A stretch of 64,000 nucleotides of DNA from an uncultured Rhodopirellula sp. (GCA_964007735.1 CAXGAI010000001.1:129798-193797), one strand, 5' to 3'; numbered from the stretch's first letter, positions 1-9,760 are shown. The notes: generated by a model from the sequence alone, not told the origin. Numbers and translations are program-made.

Positions 1-2
1 TC

Positions 3-299
3 GATACGGGACACTTTATTCGTAGTAAAGAAGATCCTGTTGAAGCCATCCTGAAACTGAATAAACGAGTGTTTGCTTTGCACATCAAAGATGAAGCTAA
101 GATGGAGAAAGTTTCTCACAACACCATCATTGGTGAGGGCCATCTCGATGTAGCTGGTGTATTTCAAGCCTTAAAGAAGGTGAAATTCCCAGTTGATGGA
201 TCCATTTCACTAGAGTATGAAGCCAACCCTCAAAATCCGATCGATGATATTAAGCAGTGTATTGAAGTCGCTAAAGATGCCATCGCTAAAATCCACTAA
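3..299 (+). CDS. Sugar phosphate isomerase/epimerase (xylose isomerase-like TIM barrel), 5'-truncated by window edge
   Basis: Frame is open from position 3 (DTGHFIRS...ALHIKD...GEGHLD...SLEYE). DTGH, HIKD and LEYE are metal-ligand motifs of the AP-endonuclease-2 family. Confidence 0.8.
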   Translation, partial: DTGHFIRSKEDPVEAILKLNKRVFALHIKDEAKMEKVSHNTIIGEGHLDVAGVFQALKKVKFPVDGSISLEYEANPQNPIDDIKQCIEVAKDAIAKIH

Positions 300-337
300 C
301 TTGATGAAACAGGTAACAAGGACAAGAGCCTCAATCA

Positions 338-1105
338 ATGCTTGCTAATCGAATAATACCTTGTCTGGATGTAGAGAGCGGTCGTGTTGTTAAAGGCACT
401 AACTTTGTCAACCTGCGTGACGCTGGAGATCCAGTTGAAGTGGCATCTCGCTATGAACGAGAAGGGGCCGACGAATTAGTCTTCTTGGATATTACGGCGA
501 GTCATGAAGGTCGCGATATCATGCTGGATGTTGTAAAGCGGACAGCCGAGCAGATTTTTATGCCTCTGACGGTTGGCGGTGGTATTCGAACGATCGACGA
601 TATTCGTTCATTACTAAATGCCGGGACGGATAAAGTTTCTATTAACTCTGCGGCTTGTAAGGATCCTGAATTTGTACGTGAGGCTGCGAGGAAATTCGGA
701 AGTCAGTGTATCGTTGTAAACATTGATCCCAAACGGATTCAACGCAATGGTCATGAAGTTTGGGAAGTCCATATTAATGGAGGACGTAAGCCAACAGGCC
801 TGGAAGCTGTTCGCTGGGCTCAGGAAGTTGAAAAGCTCGGAGCCGGTGAGATTGTGCTTACCAGTATGGACTGCGATGGTACGAAAGATGGTTATGACAT
901 AGAGATTACTAAGGCAGTCAGCGAAGCCGTTTCGATTCCTGTGGTAGCTAGTGGTGGGGCAGGCTCACCAGACCATCTGGCGGATGCAATCCTGTTGGGG
1001 AAAGCGGATGCTGCTTTGGCTGCCAGTATATTTCATTTTGGCGAATATACTATTCAGGAAACCAAGCAGCTTATGTCTGAACGCGGAGTTCCTGTTCGAC
1101 TTTAG
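338..1105 (+). CDS. hisF: Imidazole glycerol phosphate synthase subunit HisF
   Basis: [57 protein letters not shown] motifs. Confidence 0.97.
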   Translation: MLANRIIPCLDVESGRVVKGTNFVNLRDAGDPVEVASRYEREGADELVFLDITASHEGRDIMLDVVKRTAEQIFMPLTVGGGIRTIDDIRSLLNAGTDKVSINSAACKDPEFVREAARKFGSQCIVVNIDPKRIQRNGHEVWEVHINGGRKPTGLEAVRWAQEVEKLGAGEIVLTSMDCDGTKDGYDIEITKAVSEAVSIPVVASGGAGSPDHLADAILLGKADAALAASIFHFGEYTIQETKQLMSERGVPVRL

Positions 1106-1167
1106 TGGCCTCGAATGCATAAAATAAGGGTTTATCTGTTCGAACGCTTCCCCAGTTTGGGTTTGTC

Positions 1168-2517
1168 TTGAATTTATCACCTTCTCAGATCGATTTTCTA
1201 TGTAAAGCGTGCAAATCGCCGATGAGTGCGCCCGTTGAAGCAGCAGGTAAGAAAGGTGCCTGCCCGGAATGTCAAGCAGTGATGGAAATCCCTCTTGTTA
1301 GTCTTGAAGGGAAGCTGGCAGATGTTCGTGATGGGAAATGTGTCGTTCTGATTCTTAAGGCTGAGTATCATCGGGCTGAAAAGGGAGAGTACTACAGGTT
1401 TCGCTGTCGGGTCTGTGACCAAGGATTATCTATTCCGGCTGACAAAGGACATAAGAAGATTCAGTGCACCAGCTGTGAAGCTGTTTCCCGCCTCAGCTTA
1501 GCAGTGTTGAAGTCTGACGACTTGGACGTCTCGGCAGGTCAGCCAGGCGAAACTACTGAGAGCCATGCAGTGTCCACAGAGCCCGACAAGATTTTATTTG
1601 AGTGTAAGGAGTGTCGTCAGCAGGTACGTGTGCCGAAGGAACATGCCGGTAAGAAAGGGAGGTGTCCGAGCTGTCGGGCCACAGTTGAGATTCCGTATTA
1701 TTCAACCGTCACCGGTTTTCGAGTTAAACAGTCGGTTCTCCAATCCCCTCTAAAACCGCTGGCACCGGTGCAAGTGAATCTGACGGCACCGGACTTATTT
1801 AAGAACTACGTGCCCGAATCTCCTCTGAAGGCGGGCAATTGGACCTCTGCCGGCGCTTCCAAACGAACCAAATTTTTGGGACCGAAACAGTCGCCGGTGA
1901 AGCGAGAAGGTCTTCCCTGGGAGAATCCGCCGGAACATGGGGGACGCTTCTGGCCAACTTGCAGAATAATTTTGTTCAGCCCTAATATTGCGTATCAACA
2001 GATTTACGAAGATGACGGGCTGGGCAATCCGATTGGATTTGCAGTTCTCGCTCATATGTTAGCCACGATTCTTTTTGCAATGGCGATGGTGCCGGTTCTG
2101 GCCGTGGCCTGTATGTTAGCGGAACCACATATGGCTCATGGCATCGATTATCTGAAGCTGGTCCGACAGTTTGCTATCGGTGTTGGGGTTTGGTTTACAG
2201 CGGGACTCTTGGTTATTCCACTGTTGATGTTTTGTTACGGAGCGATGTTGCATGCGGCAGCATTTGTTGTGGGCGGTACGGACAAGCCTTTTGCAACAAC
2301 TAATCGCATGCTGGCCTATAGTTTTGGTGCAAATCTGCAAACACTTGCGGTTCCTTTTCTGGGACCGGTTTTATTCCTTATTTGTTGGTGTTGGCAAATG
2401 TGTTGTGGAATCTCTAAGACTCACGAGAAGTCGATGGGTCAGGGATTTGGAGTATTTTTGTTGTCCACTTTAGTCCCGGGAATTTTCATTGGACTCACGT
2501 TGGCGATGACCAAATAA
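1168..2517 (+). CDS. Triple zinc-ribbon protein with C-terminal YIP1-like membrane domain
   Basis: Three FxCxxC-x15-CxxC repeats, then LPWE motif and about 5 hydrophobic helices. Start codon uncertain (TTG). Confidence 0.7.
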   Translation: MNLSPSQIDFLCKACKSPMSAPVEAAGKKGACPECQAVMEIPLVSLEGKLADVRDGKCVVLILKAEYHRAEKGEYYRFRCRVCDQGLSIPADKGHKKIQCTSCEAVSRLSLAVLKSDDLDVSAGQPGETTESHAVSTEPDKILFECKECRQQVRVPKEHAGKKGRCPSCRATVEIPYYSTVTGFRVKQSVLQSPLKPLAPVQVNLTAPDLFKNYVPESPLKAGNWTSAGASKRTKFLGPKQSPVKREGLPWENPPEHGGRFWPTCRIILFSPNIAYQQIYEDDGLGNPIGFAVLAHMLATILFAMAMVPVLAVACMLAEPHMAHGIDYLKLVRQFAIGVGVWFTAGLLVIPLLMFCYGAMLHAAAFVVGGTDKPFATTNRMLAYSFGANLQTLAVPFLGPVLFLICWCWQMCCGISKTHEKSMGQGFGVFLLSTLVPGIFIGLTLAMTK

Positions 2518-2524
2518 TAAAGTC

Positions 2525-3118
2525 ATGTTAAAAAGATTTTATATGATGTTGTTGATGGCAGCTGTTTTGACTAGCAGTTCACAGGTATCTGCGCAGCAGA
2601 TCATTTTGACTTCCCCACACGGGCAATTTGCCGAACATTGGTATGAGAACTTGGGGTCGTCATTCCATCTGGAAAGGAGCTTTCCAAGAGGTGGCTGGTT
2701 TTTTAACTGGGGAGCACCAGTGGTTCCGCCGTTTGGAGGCTATGACGGACGAGATACTCGATTTGGTGTCGGGTTTCGTAAGGGTAATTTAAGAGGCCGT
2801 TTTAATCTTTGGATGAGCCAGGGAATGGATCGTTCGCTGATTATAAATGCTCCTTATATCACCGTCCCTCATGCGGGCTATGGTTCTATCCAACATGGCA
2901 GTTGGCGTCCATTTGTGACGGGCTGGACACCTGCACTTGGGGGGCAGCCTCAATGGCAGTACCCGTTGAAAAAATTTGTGGATTCTGCTGAAGCGGCGCA
3001 ATTAAAAGTTACTTCCAGTGATGTCAGAGAGCCAGAGCAGATTGAACGTATTCGGCAAACACTAAAGGCTCCCCAGCAGGATCCTCCTTTGACCTTGATC
3101 AATGGTCAGCAACGCTAG
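2525..3118 (+). CDS. Secreted hypothetical protein resembling a secretin (type II/III secretion) C-terminal fragment
   Basis: Signal peptide (…VSA|QQ); segment SQGMDRSLIINAPYITVPHAGYGSIQHGSWRPFVTG resembles the secretin 'P.vtv.ng..a.i..G...P' pattern. Confidence 0.45.
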   Translation: MLKRFYMMLLMAAVLTSSSQVSAQQIILTSPHGQFAEHWYENLGSSFHLERSFPRGGWFFNWGAPVVPPFGGYDGRDTRFGVGFRKGNLRGRFNLWMSQGMDRSLIINAPYITVPHAGYGSIQHGSWRPFVTGWTPALGGQPQWQYPLKKFVDSAEAAQLKVTSSDVREPEQIERIRQTLKAPQQDPPLTLINGQQR

Positions 3119-3230
3119 GGCGCTGACGCGCAATAACGGAGATCACCTAGTAGGATTCAGACCAGCTTGCAGACGTTGGTTTTGAATACGCTTGTTTCAC
3201 CGGTGTTATATAGGTTCCGCGCATAAAAAA

Positions 3231-3380
3231 GCTCCCAAAATGCCAGTGGATCCCAGGGGGGCAGAGAATTCCAACTTTCATCTCGGGAGCGATTGGATTG
3301 GCGATTCCCTGGCTAATGGCATCCGTGCCTTGAAGCCTGGAAATCATGCTGGGGAATGTTTTCCCCAACAGGGCGGGAGA
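3231..3380 (+). ncRNA. ssrS: Putative 6S RNA
   Basis: Intergenic. cGGGAGC (3284-3290) pairs with GCATCCg, followed by tgCCTTGAA (3318-3334), matching the GGGAGC…GGCACCCACCUUGAA 6S signature. CTCCC/GGGAG termini. TTGAAT…TATATA promoter-like elements upstream. Confidence 0.45.
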
Positions 3381-3423
3381 TTAATCGACAAGCCGTGGAG
3401 AGGTCAAGATGAGTTTGACTTAC

Positions 3424-3933
3424 TTAGGATTTATTTGAGTAAAGATCCTGATCGGCTCGTTCAAAGAATGCTGCAGCGCTGTCACCTGCCAGCTGTCTTG
3501 CAGAACCAGTTGAACAACTCAAACCGATATTTGCGGCTTCAAATCGTTCTTCAATTTGATTACAAAGCGTACCCAGTTCCTGCGGGGATTCAGTGATCAA
3601 TAGAACGAATTCATCTCCCCCCCAACGAAACAGCGTACCAATCTTAGAGGTTTGATGGAGCAACGTACTGGCCGCTTCCTGAAGTAGTGAGTCACCTGCC
3701 AAATGCCCTTGTTGGTCATTGACTGTTTTGAACTCATCTAAGTCAATAATGATCAACCCTATATCACAACGGGTCTTTAGACCAAGTGCCAAACGGTATT
3801 CAAAATCTTTTCGGCTGGGCAAGCCAGTAATGTGATCGTTCCTAATCGCTGCTCCAGGTTGACCCCAGCGACCTTTCACTAAATAGCCCAATGCAAAACT
3901 AGCAGCAATCAAAAGAAGAAGTTGTAATTCCAT
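3424..3933 (-). CDS. Membrane-anchored diguanylate cyclase (GGDEF)
   Basis: N-terminal TM helix; DHITGL, DLDEFKTVNDQQGHLAGD, RWGGDEF, ADQDLY motifs. Confidence 0.9.
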   Translation of the reverse strand: MELQLLLLIAASFALGYLVKGRWGQPGAAIRNDHITGLPSRKDFEYRLALGLKTRCDIGLIIIDLDEFKTVNDQQGHLAGDSLLQEAASTLLHQTSKIGTLFRWGGDEFVLLITESPQELGTLCNQIEERFEAANIGLSCSTGSARQLAGDSAAAFFERADQDLYSNKS

Positions 3934-4050
3934 GGCAGTTGAATTTTGGGGACGCGAATACGTGAGCTTAACGATGATTCTTATTGTGTCGTATAATATC
4001 AGCTTCTAACAGTAACTTACTTTCTTTACTCTACATCTTCACCGTACGTC

Positions 4051-6570
4051 ATGAGCGACATCATATTTAAATGGGAGAAAGTATCCAAGAATTTCCCAGG
4101 CGTGAGGGCTTTAGAAGATGTTTCGATTTGTCTTTTTGCAGGTGAAGTCCATGCTATTGTCGGCGAAAATGGTGCCGGCAAAAGTACGCTCATCCACATG
4201 GCAGCCGGAGTGTATTTGCCCGACGAAGGTGGAATACAAATCACGGATGGTACTTCCTATTCGACGCCCGTAGGTGCTCGTAAGAATGGCGTCGTCACAG
4301 TTTTTCAGGAAGCAGAGCTATTCGATCATTTGAGTGTTGCTGAAAATATTGCGTTGCTGCAGGGACTCCCGGTGGAGAAAGCAGGCTTGGTGAACTGGTC
4401 GCAAATTCAGGAAACGGCAACGTCATATCTTCAGGGGCTCCCGGACCCAATAGATCCCCGGATGGCCGCTTCAACATTATCGGTTGCACAACGGCAAATG
4501 TTACAAGTTGCATCTGCAGTTGCCCAAAACGCCAGAGTTCTCATTCTAGATGAGCCAACGAGTGCCTTAAGTGTATCGGAGACTACCTGGCTGTTTCGTC
4601 AGATTGAAAGCTTAAAACAAACTGGTGCTGCGATTGTTTATATTTCGCACCGACAGGAAGAAATCTTCCAGCTGAGTGACAGAATTAGCGTTTTGCGTGA
4701 TGGTGCACTGATTTGGACCGAGCCAGTTACTAACGTGACGAACCATTCGCTTATTGAAGCGATGGTTGGACGCAAGCTCGATATTGATGGTCAGCGAGAA
4801 AACACCTCGCCGGTAAAGGCACCTGTTCGTTTGGAGATAAGAAACCTAAGTGATCACGAGCAAGTCATCGAGGATGTCTCGCTTTCCGTAAAGGCAGGTG
4901 AGGTCGTAGGGATTTATGGTCTCGTAGGAGCTGGGCGTACAGAATTCGTTGAAACGTTGTTTGGAATTCGCGAACGCGCTCGTGGTGATGTGTGGATTGA
5001 TGGAGACCCTGTCAGGATTCGTACGCCAAACGAGGCAGTAGCCAATGGTATTGGTTTAGTTACCGAAGACCGATTGAATCAGGGGATCTTTCGTTGGCAT
5101 GATGTTTCTGAAAACACCGTTGCTGCTGCCCTACGGCAGTTAGGTAATGGTCCCTTTACCAATTTGGCTCGGGAGCGCGTTGCGACACAAAATATAAAAG
5201 AACGGCTCAATGTTAAATTCGCCAGTCCTCATCAGGCCATTGAAAATCTGTCAGGCGGGAATCAACAAAAAGTGCTTGTGGGGCGCTGGTTATTGAATGA
5301 ACCGAAAATCCTTATTCTCGATGAACCAACGCGAGGGGTGGATGTTGGGGCAAAGGAAGAAGTGCATAATATTATTAGTGAACTGGCTACTGCTGGATGC
5401 ACGATCGTCTTTATTAGTTCTGAGTTGCCAGAAGTTCTGCGATATAGTCAACGCATTGTAGTTTTTCGCGACGGTCAGATTTCAGGCGAGTTAACGGTGG
5501 ATGAAGCAACCCCTGAACTCGTAGCAGAACTGGCCTTTCCGGCGGAAAAATCCAAGCGGGTGGGTCAAACCGACAATACGTTGATACGTCACAGCTCAAT
5601 GATGGGCCAGCATGTCACAGAGTTTGCTCTGGCAGCAATCTCGGCAATCTTGATGCTGATTCTCAAATGGAAGAATCCAGCATTCGACTTTTCCGTTTTG
5701 CTTGTCAATGTTATTCCCTGGGCAATTTTGGGATTATCTGCAGCCATCGTGATTATTGTGGGAGCCATTGATATTTCGATTGGTTCTCTTCTGGGGCTGG
5801 CTACAGCCGCCGGCGGCATGGTGATGACCTCCGGACTACCACCCTCGTTAGCTATTGTTATGGGCGTCACGGTTGCCGTCGTGGTCGCAGTGGTAGGAAG
5901 TTTACTCAATGCGGCCATGTCGATTTGGGGCAATGTTCATCCAATCGTTGTAACTCTTGGTATGTTGTATGCGTTTCGGGGATTGGTTTCCGCGCTTATG
6001 AATGGTGAGTCCATTATCGATGTCCCAGAAGTCTTCACCTGGATTGCTCGCAAAGGTGATTTTCCAACGTCGTTGGTTTATGGAGCTTTGATTTTTGTCT
6101 TGGTCCATCTCTTTATGACCCGGCATCGAGTTGGAAGACACCTTTACGTTGTTGGTAACTCGGAAACCGCGGCCAGTCTACTTGGCATTCGAAAAACGGT
6201 GGTTTGGTGTTGGGCGTTCGCTTTAAGCGGAGTTCTTGTGGCGCTTTCCGGACTGTTACAACTCGCAACCACCACTCAAATGCAGGCAACCCTTGGCGAG
6301 ACTTGGGAATTAGATGCCATTGCCATTGCTGTGATTGGAGGCGTTTCGATCACCGGAGGGCGTGGAACTGTTCCGGGTGTGGCATTGGGTGCGATCTTGC
6401 TTAAAACATTGCAGGCAGTGCTTATCCAGTTTGAGGCTTCTGCAGGGAAGATCAAACTTGTTGTGGGATTAGTCATTCTTATCGCGATTACCGTGGACCA
6501 TCTCAGTGCTCATCATCTTGTTCGCCGCGGCCAGCGAACACGGCAGCGCGCAAGGAGGGGTGGCTCATGA
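4051..6570 (+). CDS. Sugar ABC transporter, fused double-ATPase + permease (RbsA/RbsC-like, CUT2 family)
   Basis: GENGAGKS, LILDEPT (x2), LSGGNQQK, then a permease region with IDISIGS and WELDAIAIAVIGGVSITGGRG. Confidence 0.92.
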   Translation: MSDIIFKWEKVSKNFPGVRALEDVSICLFAGEVHAIVGENGAGKSTLIHMAAGVYLPDEGGIQITDGTSYSTPVGARKNGVVTVFQEAELFDHLSVAENIALLQGLPVEKAGLVNWSQIQETATSYLQGLPDPIDPRMAASTLSVAQRQMLQVASAVAQNARVLILDEPTSALSVSETTWLFRQIESLKQTGAAIVYISHRQEEIFQLSDRISVLRDGALIWTEPVTNVTNHSLIEAMVGRKLDIDGQRENTSPVKAPVRLEIRNLSDHEQVIEDVSLSVKAGEVVGIYGLVGAGRTEFVETLFGIRERARGDVWIDGDPVRIRTPNEAVANGIGLVTEDRLNQGIFRWHDVSENTVAAALRQLGNGPFTNLARERVATQNIKERLNVKFASPHQAIENLSGGNQQKVLVGRWLLNEPKILILDEPTRGVDVGAKEEVHNIISELATAGCTIVFISSELPEVLRYSQRIVVFRDGQISGELTVDEATPELVAELAFPAEKSKRVGQTDNTLIRHSSMMGQHVTEFALAAISAILMLILKWKNPAFDFSVLLVNVIPWAILGLSAAIVIIVGAIDISIGSLLGLATAAGGMVMTSGLPPSLAIVMGVTVAVVVAVVGSLLNAAMSIWGNVHPIVVTLGMLYAFRGLVSALMNGESIIDVPEVFTWIARKGDFPTSLVYGALIFVLVHLFMTRHRVGRHLYVVGNSETAASLLGIRKTVVWCWAFALSGVLVALSGLLQLATTTQMQATLGETWELDAIAIAVIGGVSITGGRGTVPGVALGAILLKTLQAVLIQFEASAGKIKLVVGLVILIAITVDHLSAHHLVRRGQRTRQRARRGGS

Positions 6571-7511
6571 ATCGCGTTAAGTTAAAGTCAACTTTCCTTA
6601 CACTGCTTGTTCCAATGTTACTCTTCTTGATTGCCATGACCATTGTGATCACCAAGGTGGAACGACCGGCAGCACTCATTCAAACAGGTATTGAATGGAT
6701 GGAAGTCGGCATACTGGCGATGGCTATGACTGCGATCATTATTACTGGTGGTATTGATTTGTCGGTCGCATCTATTGTGGCTTTGTGCGTTGTGACAACA
6801 GGAGTTTTGTTTGATGAATATTCATGGTCATATCCAGCAGCAGCGAGTGCAGGGATAGCCATCGGCGTCTTCGCCGGCGGTATTAATGGGCTGGCAATTG
6901 TGCAAGGTCTTTCGCCGCTGATTGTGACTTTGGCAACCATGGCACTTTATTCCGGTCTGGCACTATCAATCGCTCCTGAAGCCGGGATTCAAATGCCCAT
7001 TGATTTGGAAGAGGCGATTTACTTTGGGAGATGGCCCGCTCAGTACTTCATCTTTGTCATTGTTCTTTTGCTGACTCATGTTCTTTTGCATCACACCAGA
7101 AGTGGCCGTACTTGCTTCTATTTAGGTGAGAATCCAGTGGCAGCTCGATATGTCGCCTTGCCGATAAACCAAATCCAGCTAGGCGTTTATCTACTTAGTG
7201 GATTATTAGCAGGGGTCGTGGCAGTGATGTATGTTATGTCGCGAACAACAGCTATTGCGATTGCTCATCAAGGTGCGGAGTTGAAGGTCATCGCGTGCGT
7301 GGTGGTTGGCGGTACGTTGATTACCGGTGGGCACGGTTCGATCGCTAGGACCTTGTTAGGGCTTTGCGTTATGGCCTCGTTAGATATCTGCTTAGACCTG
7401 ATGGCAAATGATTACTCATGGATGGACGCGCGTGTTAAGATGATCGTGATGGGCGTGTTAGTTATTGCCATCGCCGTTTGGAATCAATGGTTGGCTAAGC
7501 GATTGAATTGA
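6567..7511 (+). CDS. Sugar ABC transporter permease (RbsC/LsrD/RhaQ-like)
   Basis: GGIDLSVAS, IVTLAT, GENPVAARY, ELKVIACVVVGG; 4-nt overlap (ATGA) with upstream gene. Confidence 0.92.
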   Translation: MNRVKLKSTFLTLLVPMLLFLIAMTIVITKVERPAALIQTGIEWMEVGILAMAMTAIIITGGIDLSVASIVALCVVTTGVLFDEYSWSYPAAASAGIAIGVFAGGINGLAIVQGLSPLIVTLATMALYSGLALSIAPEAGIQMPIDLEEAIYFGRWPAQYFIFVIVLLLTHVLLHHTRSGRTCFYLGENPVAARYVALPINQIQLGVYLLSGLLAGVVAVMYVMSRTTAIAIAHQGAELKVIACVVVGGTLITGGHGSIARTLLGLCVMASLDICLDLMANDYSWMDARVKMIVMGVLVIAIAVWNQWLAKRLN

Positions 7512-7565
7512 TACAATAACTCTTGTGTTCACCCGCTGTCTTACGTCTGAGGAGGCTCAAATAGG

Positions 7566-8717
7566 ATGTGGTATAAATCTCTGATCTGTTTGACCTGGGT
7601 ATTAGTCCTATCCACCACAAGCTTCGCTCAACAGTCCGGTCGCCAGCCATCGGTTCAGTTTCCTCAGGTGACGCAGCTTGTGGGCAAGCAATTGCCGGAG
7701 ATCAAGATCCTAAACTCCGGGGGAAAACCATTATCGACATCCGACTTGCATGGCCAGCACACAGTGCTTGTTTTTGGCTGTTTGACATGACCCCCTTTTC
7801 TGAGAAATGTTTCCAGTTTGGAAACGGTCGCGGTGGATTATCGAAGCAAGGGTGTCGCGTTCTACTACATTTATAAGGCACTCGCTCACCCTGAACACAA
7901 CGGTTACGTCCAACCATTTACTCTTCAGGAACGATTGATGCACGTAGCCGAAGCAAAGCGGACGTTAGGTTCAAGCATTGAATGGCTCTGCGATAATATG
8001 CAGAATGAGTTTAAGCAGGCCTTAGGTGGAGCCCCAAATAGTCAGTTTGTTATTGATCCTGAGGGAAAAATCATAAGTGCATCAAGTTGGAGTAATCCAG
8101 CCGGGCTTCGAGAAACACTCGCAGGCCTTGTCGGTGAGGTTATTCCCCCCACGACGATAGAAGAATTGGGATTGAAGCAATTGCCACCGCCTCGTTTAGC
8201 AGCAACAGGAGTGATTGCCCGTCCACAGATGCCAAGCTCCATGCGAGCTATTGTTGTAAAGCCCCAACCGAGTCTTGAACCCTATTATGTAAAGCTTCGA
8301 GCAGAGGTTGGCAGTGGATTTATGCAGGAAGGTTTAGGTTGGCTTTACATCGGATTCCATTTAGATCCTCTGTTGGGAGTTCATTGGAATAATCTGGCCC
8401 CACCACTTGAGTTTAATATTGAAACACCTGAAGGCCTCTGTATTGCTTCCTCGCGTGGTATGGCTCCGGTTGTTAAGACAGAAGCAGATGCTGATCCGCG
8501 TGAATTTCTTTTGGGGCTTGAATGGGATTCAAAGATTCTACCTAGAACCGATTTCAATAAGGCGGAGTTGATTTTAGAGGTGAATTACTATGCTTGTCAC
8601 GATAACGGTTGGTGTAAACCATTTAAGCAACGTTATCATATTCAACTTGTCCCGGATCGAAACGCAGGGAGCGTTCGCTCGCGGGGTCGTTCAGGAGGTG
8701 GTTTCCGGAATCGTTAG
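7566..8717 (+). CDS. Predicted exported selenoprotein (383 aa, Sec at TGA 7788-7790): deiodinase/peroxiredoxin-like thioredoxin fold plus DsbD-N-like C-terminal domain
   Basis: ORFs 7566-7790 and 7818-8717 share a frame. Read-through gives TVLVFGCLT-U-PPFLRN…FYYIYKALAHP, comparable to deiodinase FGSCTUPPF…YIxEAHP. SECIS-like hairpin follows; N-terminal signal peptide. Confidence 0.85.
7808..7826 (+). promoter_or_regulatory. Bacterial SECIS-like hairpin
   Basis: GTTTCCA-gtt-TGGAAAC perfect 7-bp stem; the loop starts with GU and lies 25 nt after the in-frame TGA. Confidence 0.7.
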
Positions 8718-9760
8718 GCTGAGTACTGGATGTCGACGGCCTGACCGGTGAGCGCGCTTTGTTCTACGGCTTGGGTAAATTCCATATAACGAACGCCTTT
8801 GGCAAAGTTATTGAATTCGATTTGTTCTATACCCCGGATGGCATTAATGAACTCTTCTTCTACTCTCCAATCTACAGCTAGTTCTTCTGAAATATTCACT
8901 TCTTTCATGTGTGAGTCACTCGCAGCACCGAAGTACAGTTTGTTATCTGGAGCCATGACATACTTGAGTGTTCCTTCGCTTCCATAAAGGTGTATTTGTG
9001 GACCGGGGCCATGATGAATTACGCCACTCATGTGGTAGATACCACGGGCACCACAAGGCAATTCCGTGATTACCTGAACGGAGTCCGGAGTGCCTACCGG
9101 TTCCTGCTTACCGGTTTCTTTATTATGTCGCGTTGGTGTAAATGTTTGCGTGCTTGCCACCACCCGAACGGGATCTGCGATCCACCGAACCAGCGGTTCG
9201 TGGATAATTCCCAGAGCTAGCATATTAATGCCACTATAAGGTCCGGACTGTCGCCAGTGCAGGGGCGTATCGGAATGGGCGTAGGCATCATTAGTTCCCC
9301 AGACGACAACTTCGCGTAATTCACCAATTTCGCCCGCGTCCAAATACTGTTTCACGACTTTGTGCGCTCGCATTCCGAGCGGACTGGGAACGATTTGTGT
9401 CACGAGTTCAGGATGTTGCTGGCTAGCAGCATACATTTGGCGGGCTTCATCGTCGTCCATCGCCATACGAGCTTCAGTGAGCACATGTTTCCCGTTCTCG
9501 AGTGCGGCGAGGGTGATCGGGCAATGCAGGTAAGGCCAGGTGCCGATACAGATTGCATCGATCATAGAATCTTCAACTACCTCCTGCCAAGATTCATAAA
9601 CCTTCGCGATATTGTATTCCTGGGCGGCCTTTTGGGCTGATTCGAGCGAACGATTGCAAACCGCTTCCAGAGTAACGTTGGGACATGCCAGTAGTCCCGG
9701 AGCATGGCGCAAACGTGTGTTTGCACCAAATCCAATCACACCAACCCGGATTGTATCCAT
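8714..9760 (-). CDS. Gfo/Idh/MocA family oxidoreductase
   Basis: IRVGVIGFG Rossmann motif, IDAICIGT, H…ALENGKHVLTEARMA. Confidence 0.9.
   Translation of the reverse strand: MDTIRVGVIGFGANTRLRHAPGLLACPNVTLEAVCNRSLESAQKAAQEYNIAKVYESWQEVVEDSMIDAICIGTWPYLHCPITLAALENGKHVLTEARMAMDDDEARQMYAASQQHPELVTQIVPSPLGMRAHKVVKQYLDAGEIGELREVVVWGTNDAYAHSDTPLHWRQSGPYSGINMLALGIIHEPLVRWIADPVRVVASTQTFTPTRHNKETGKQEPVGTPDSVQVITELPCGARGIYHMSGVIHHGPGPQIHLYGSEGTLKYVMAPDNKLYFGAASDSHMKEVNISEELAVDWRVEEEFINAIRGIEQIEFNNFAKGVRYMEFTQAVEQSALTGQAVDIQYSA

Noticed and set aside
3318..3345. Possible tRNA-Sec (minus-strand CTTCAAG resembles a UCA anticodon loop)
   Set aside because: Flanks do not form an anticodon stem, and there is no T-arm GTTCGA or CCA end
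3192..3596. 134-aa plus-strand ORF and 73-aa ORF 3147-3368
   Set aside because: No recognisable motifs; they overlap the GGDEF gene and the putative structured RNA
7566..7790. Independent 74-aa gene or nonsense pseudogene
   Set aside because: The stop falls exactly at the redox-active position of a CxxU/deiodinase motif and is followed by a SECIS-like hairpin; recoding is more parsimonious
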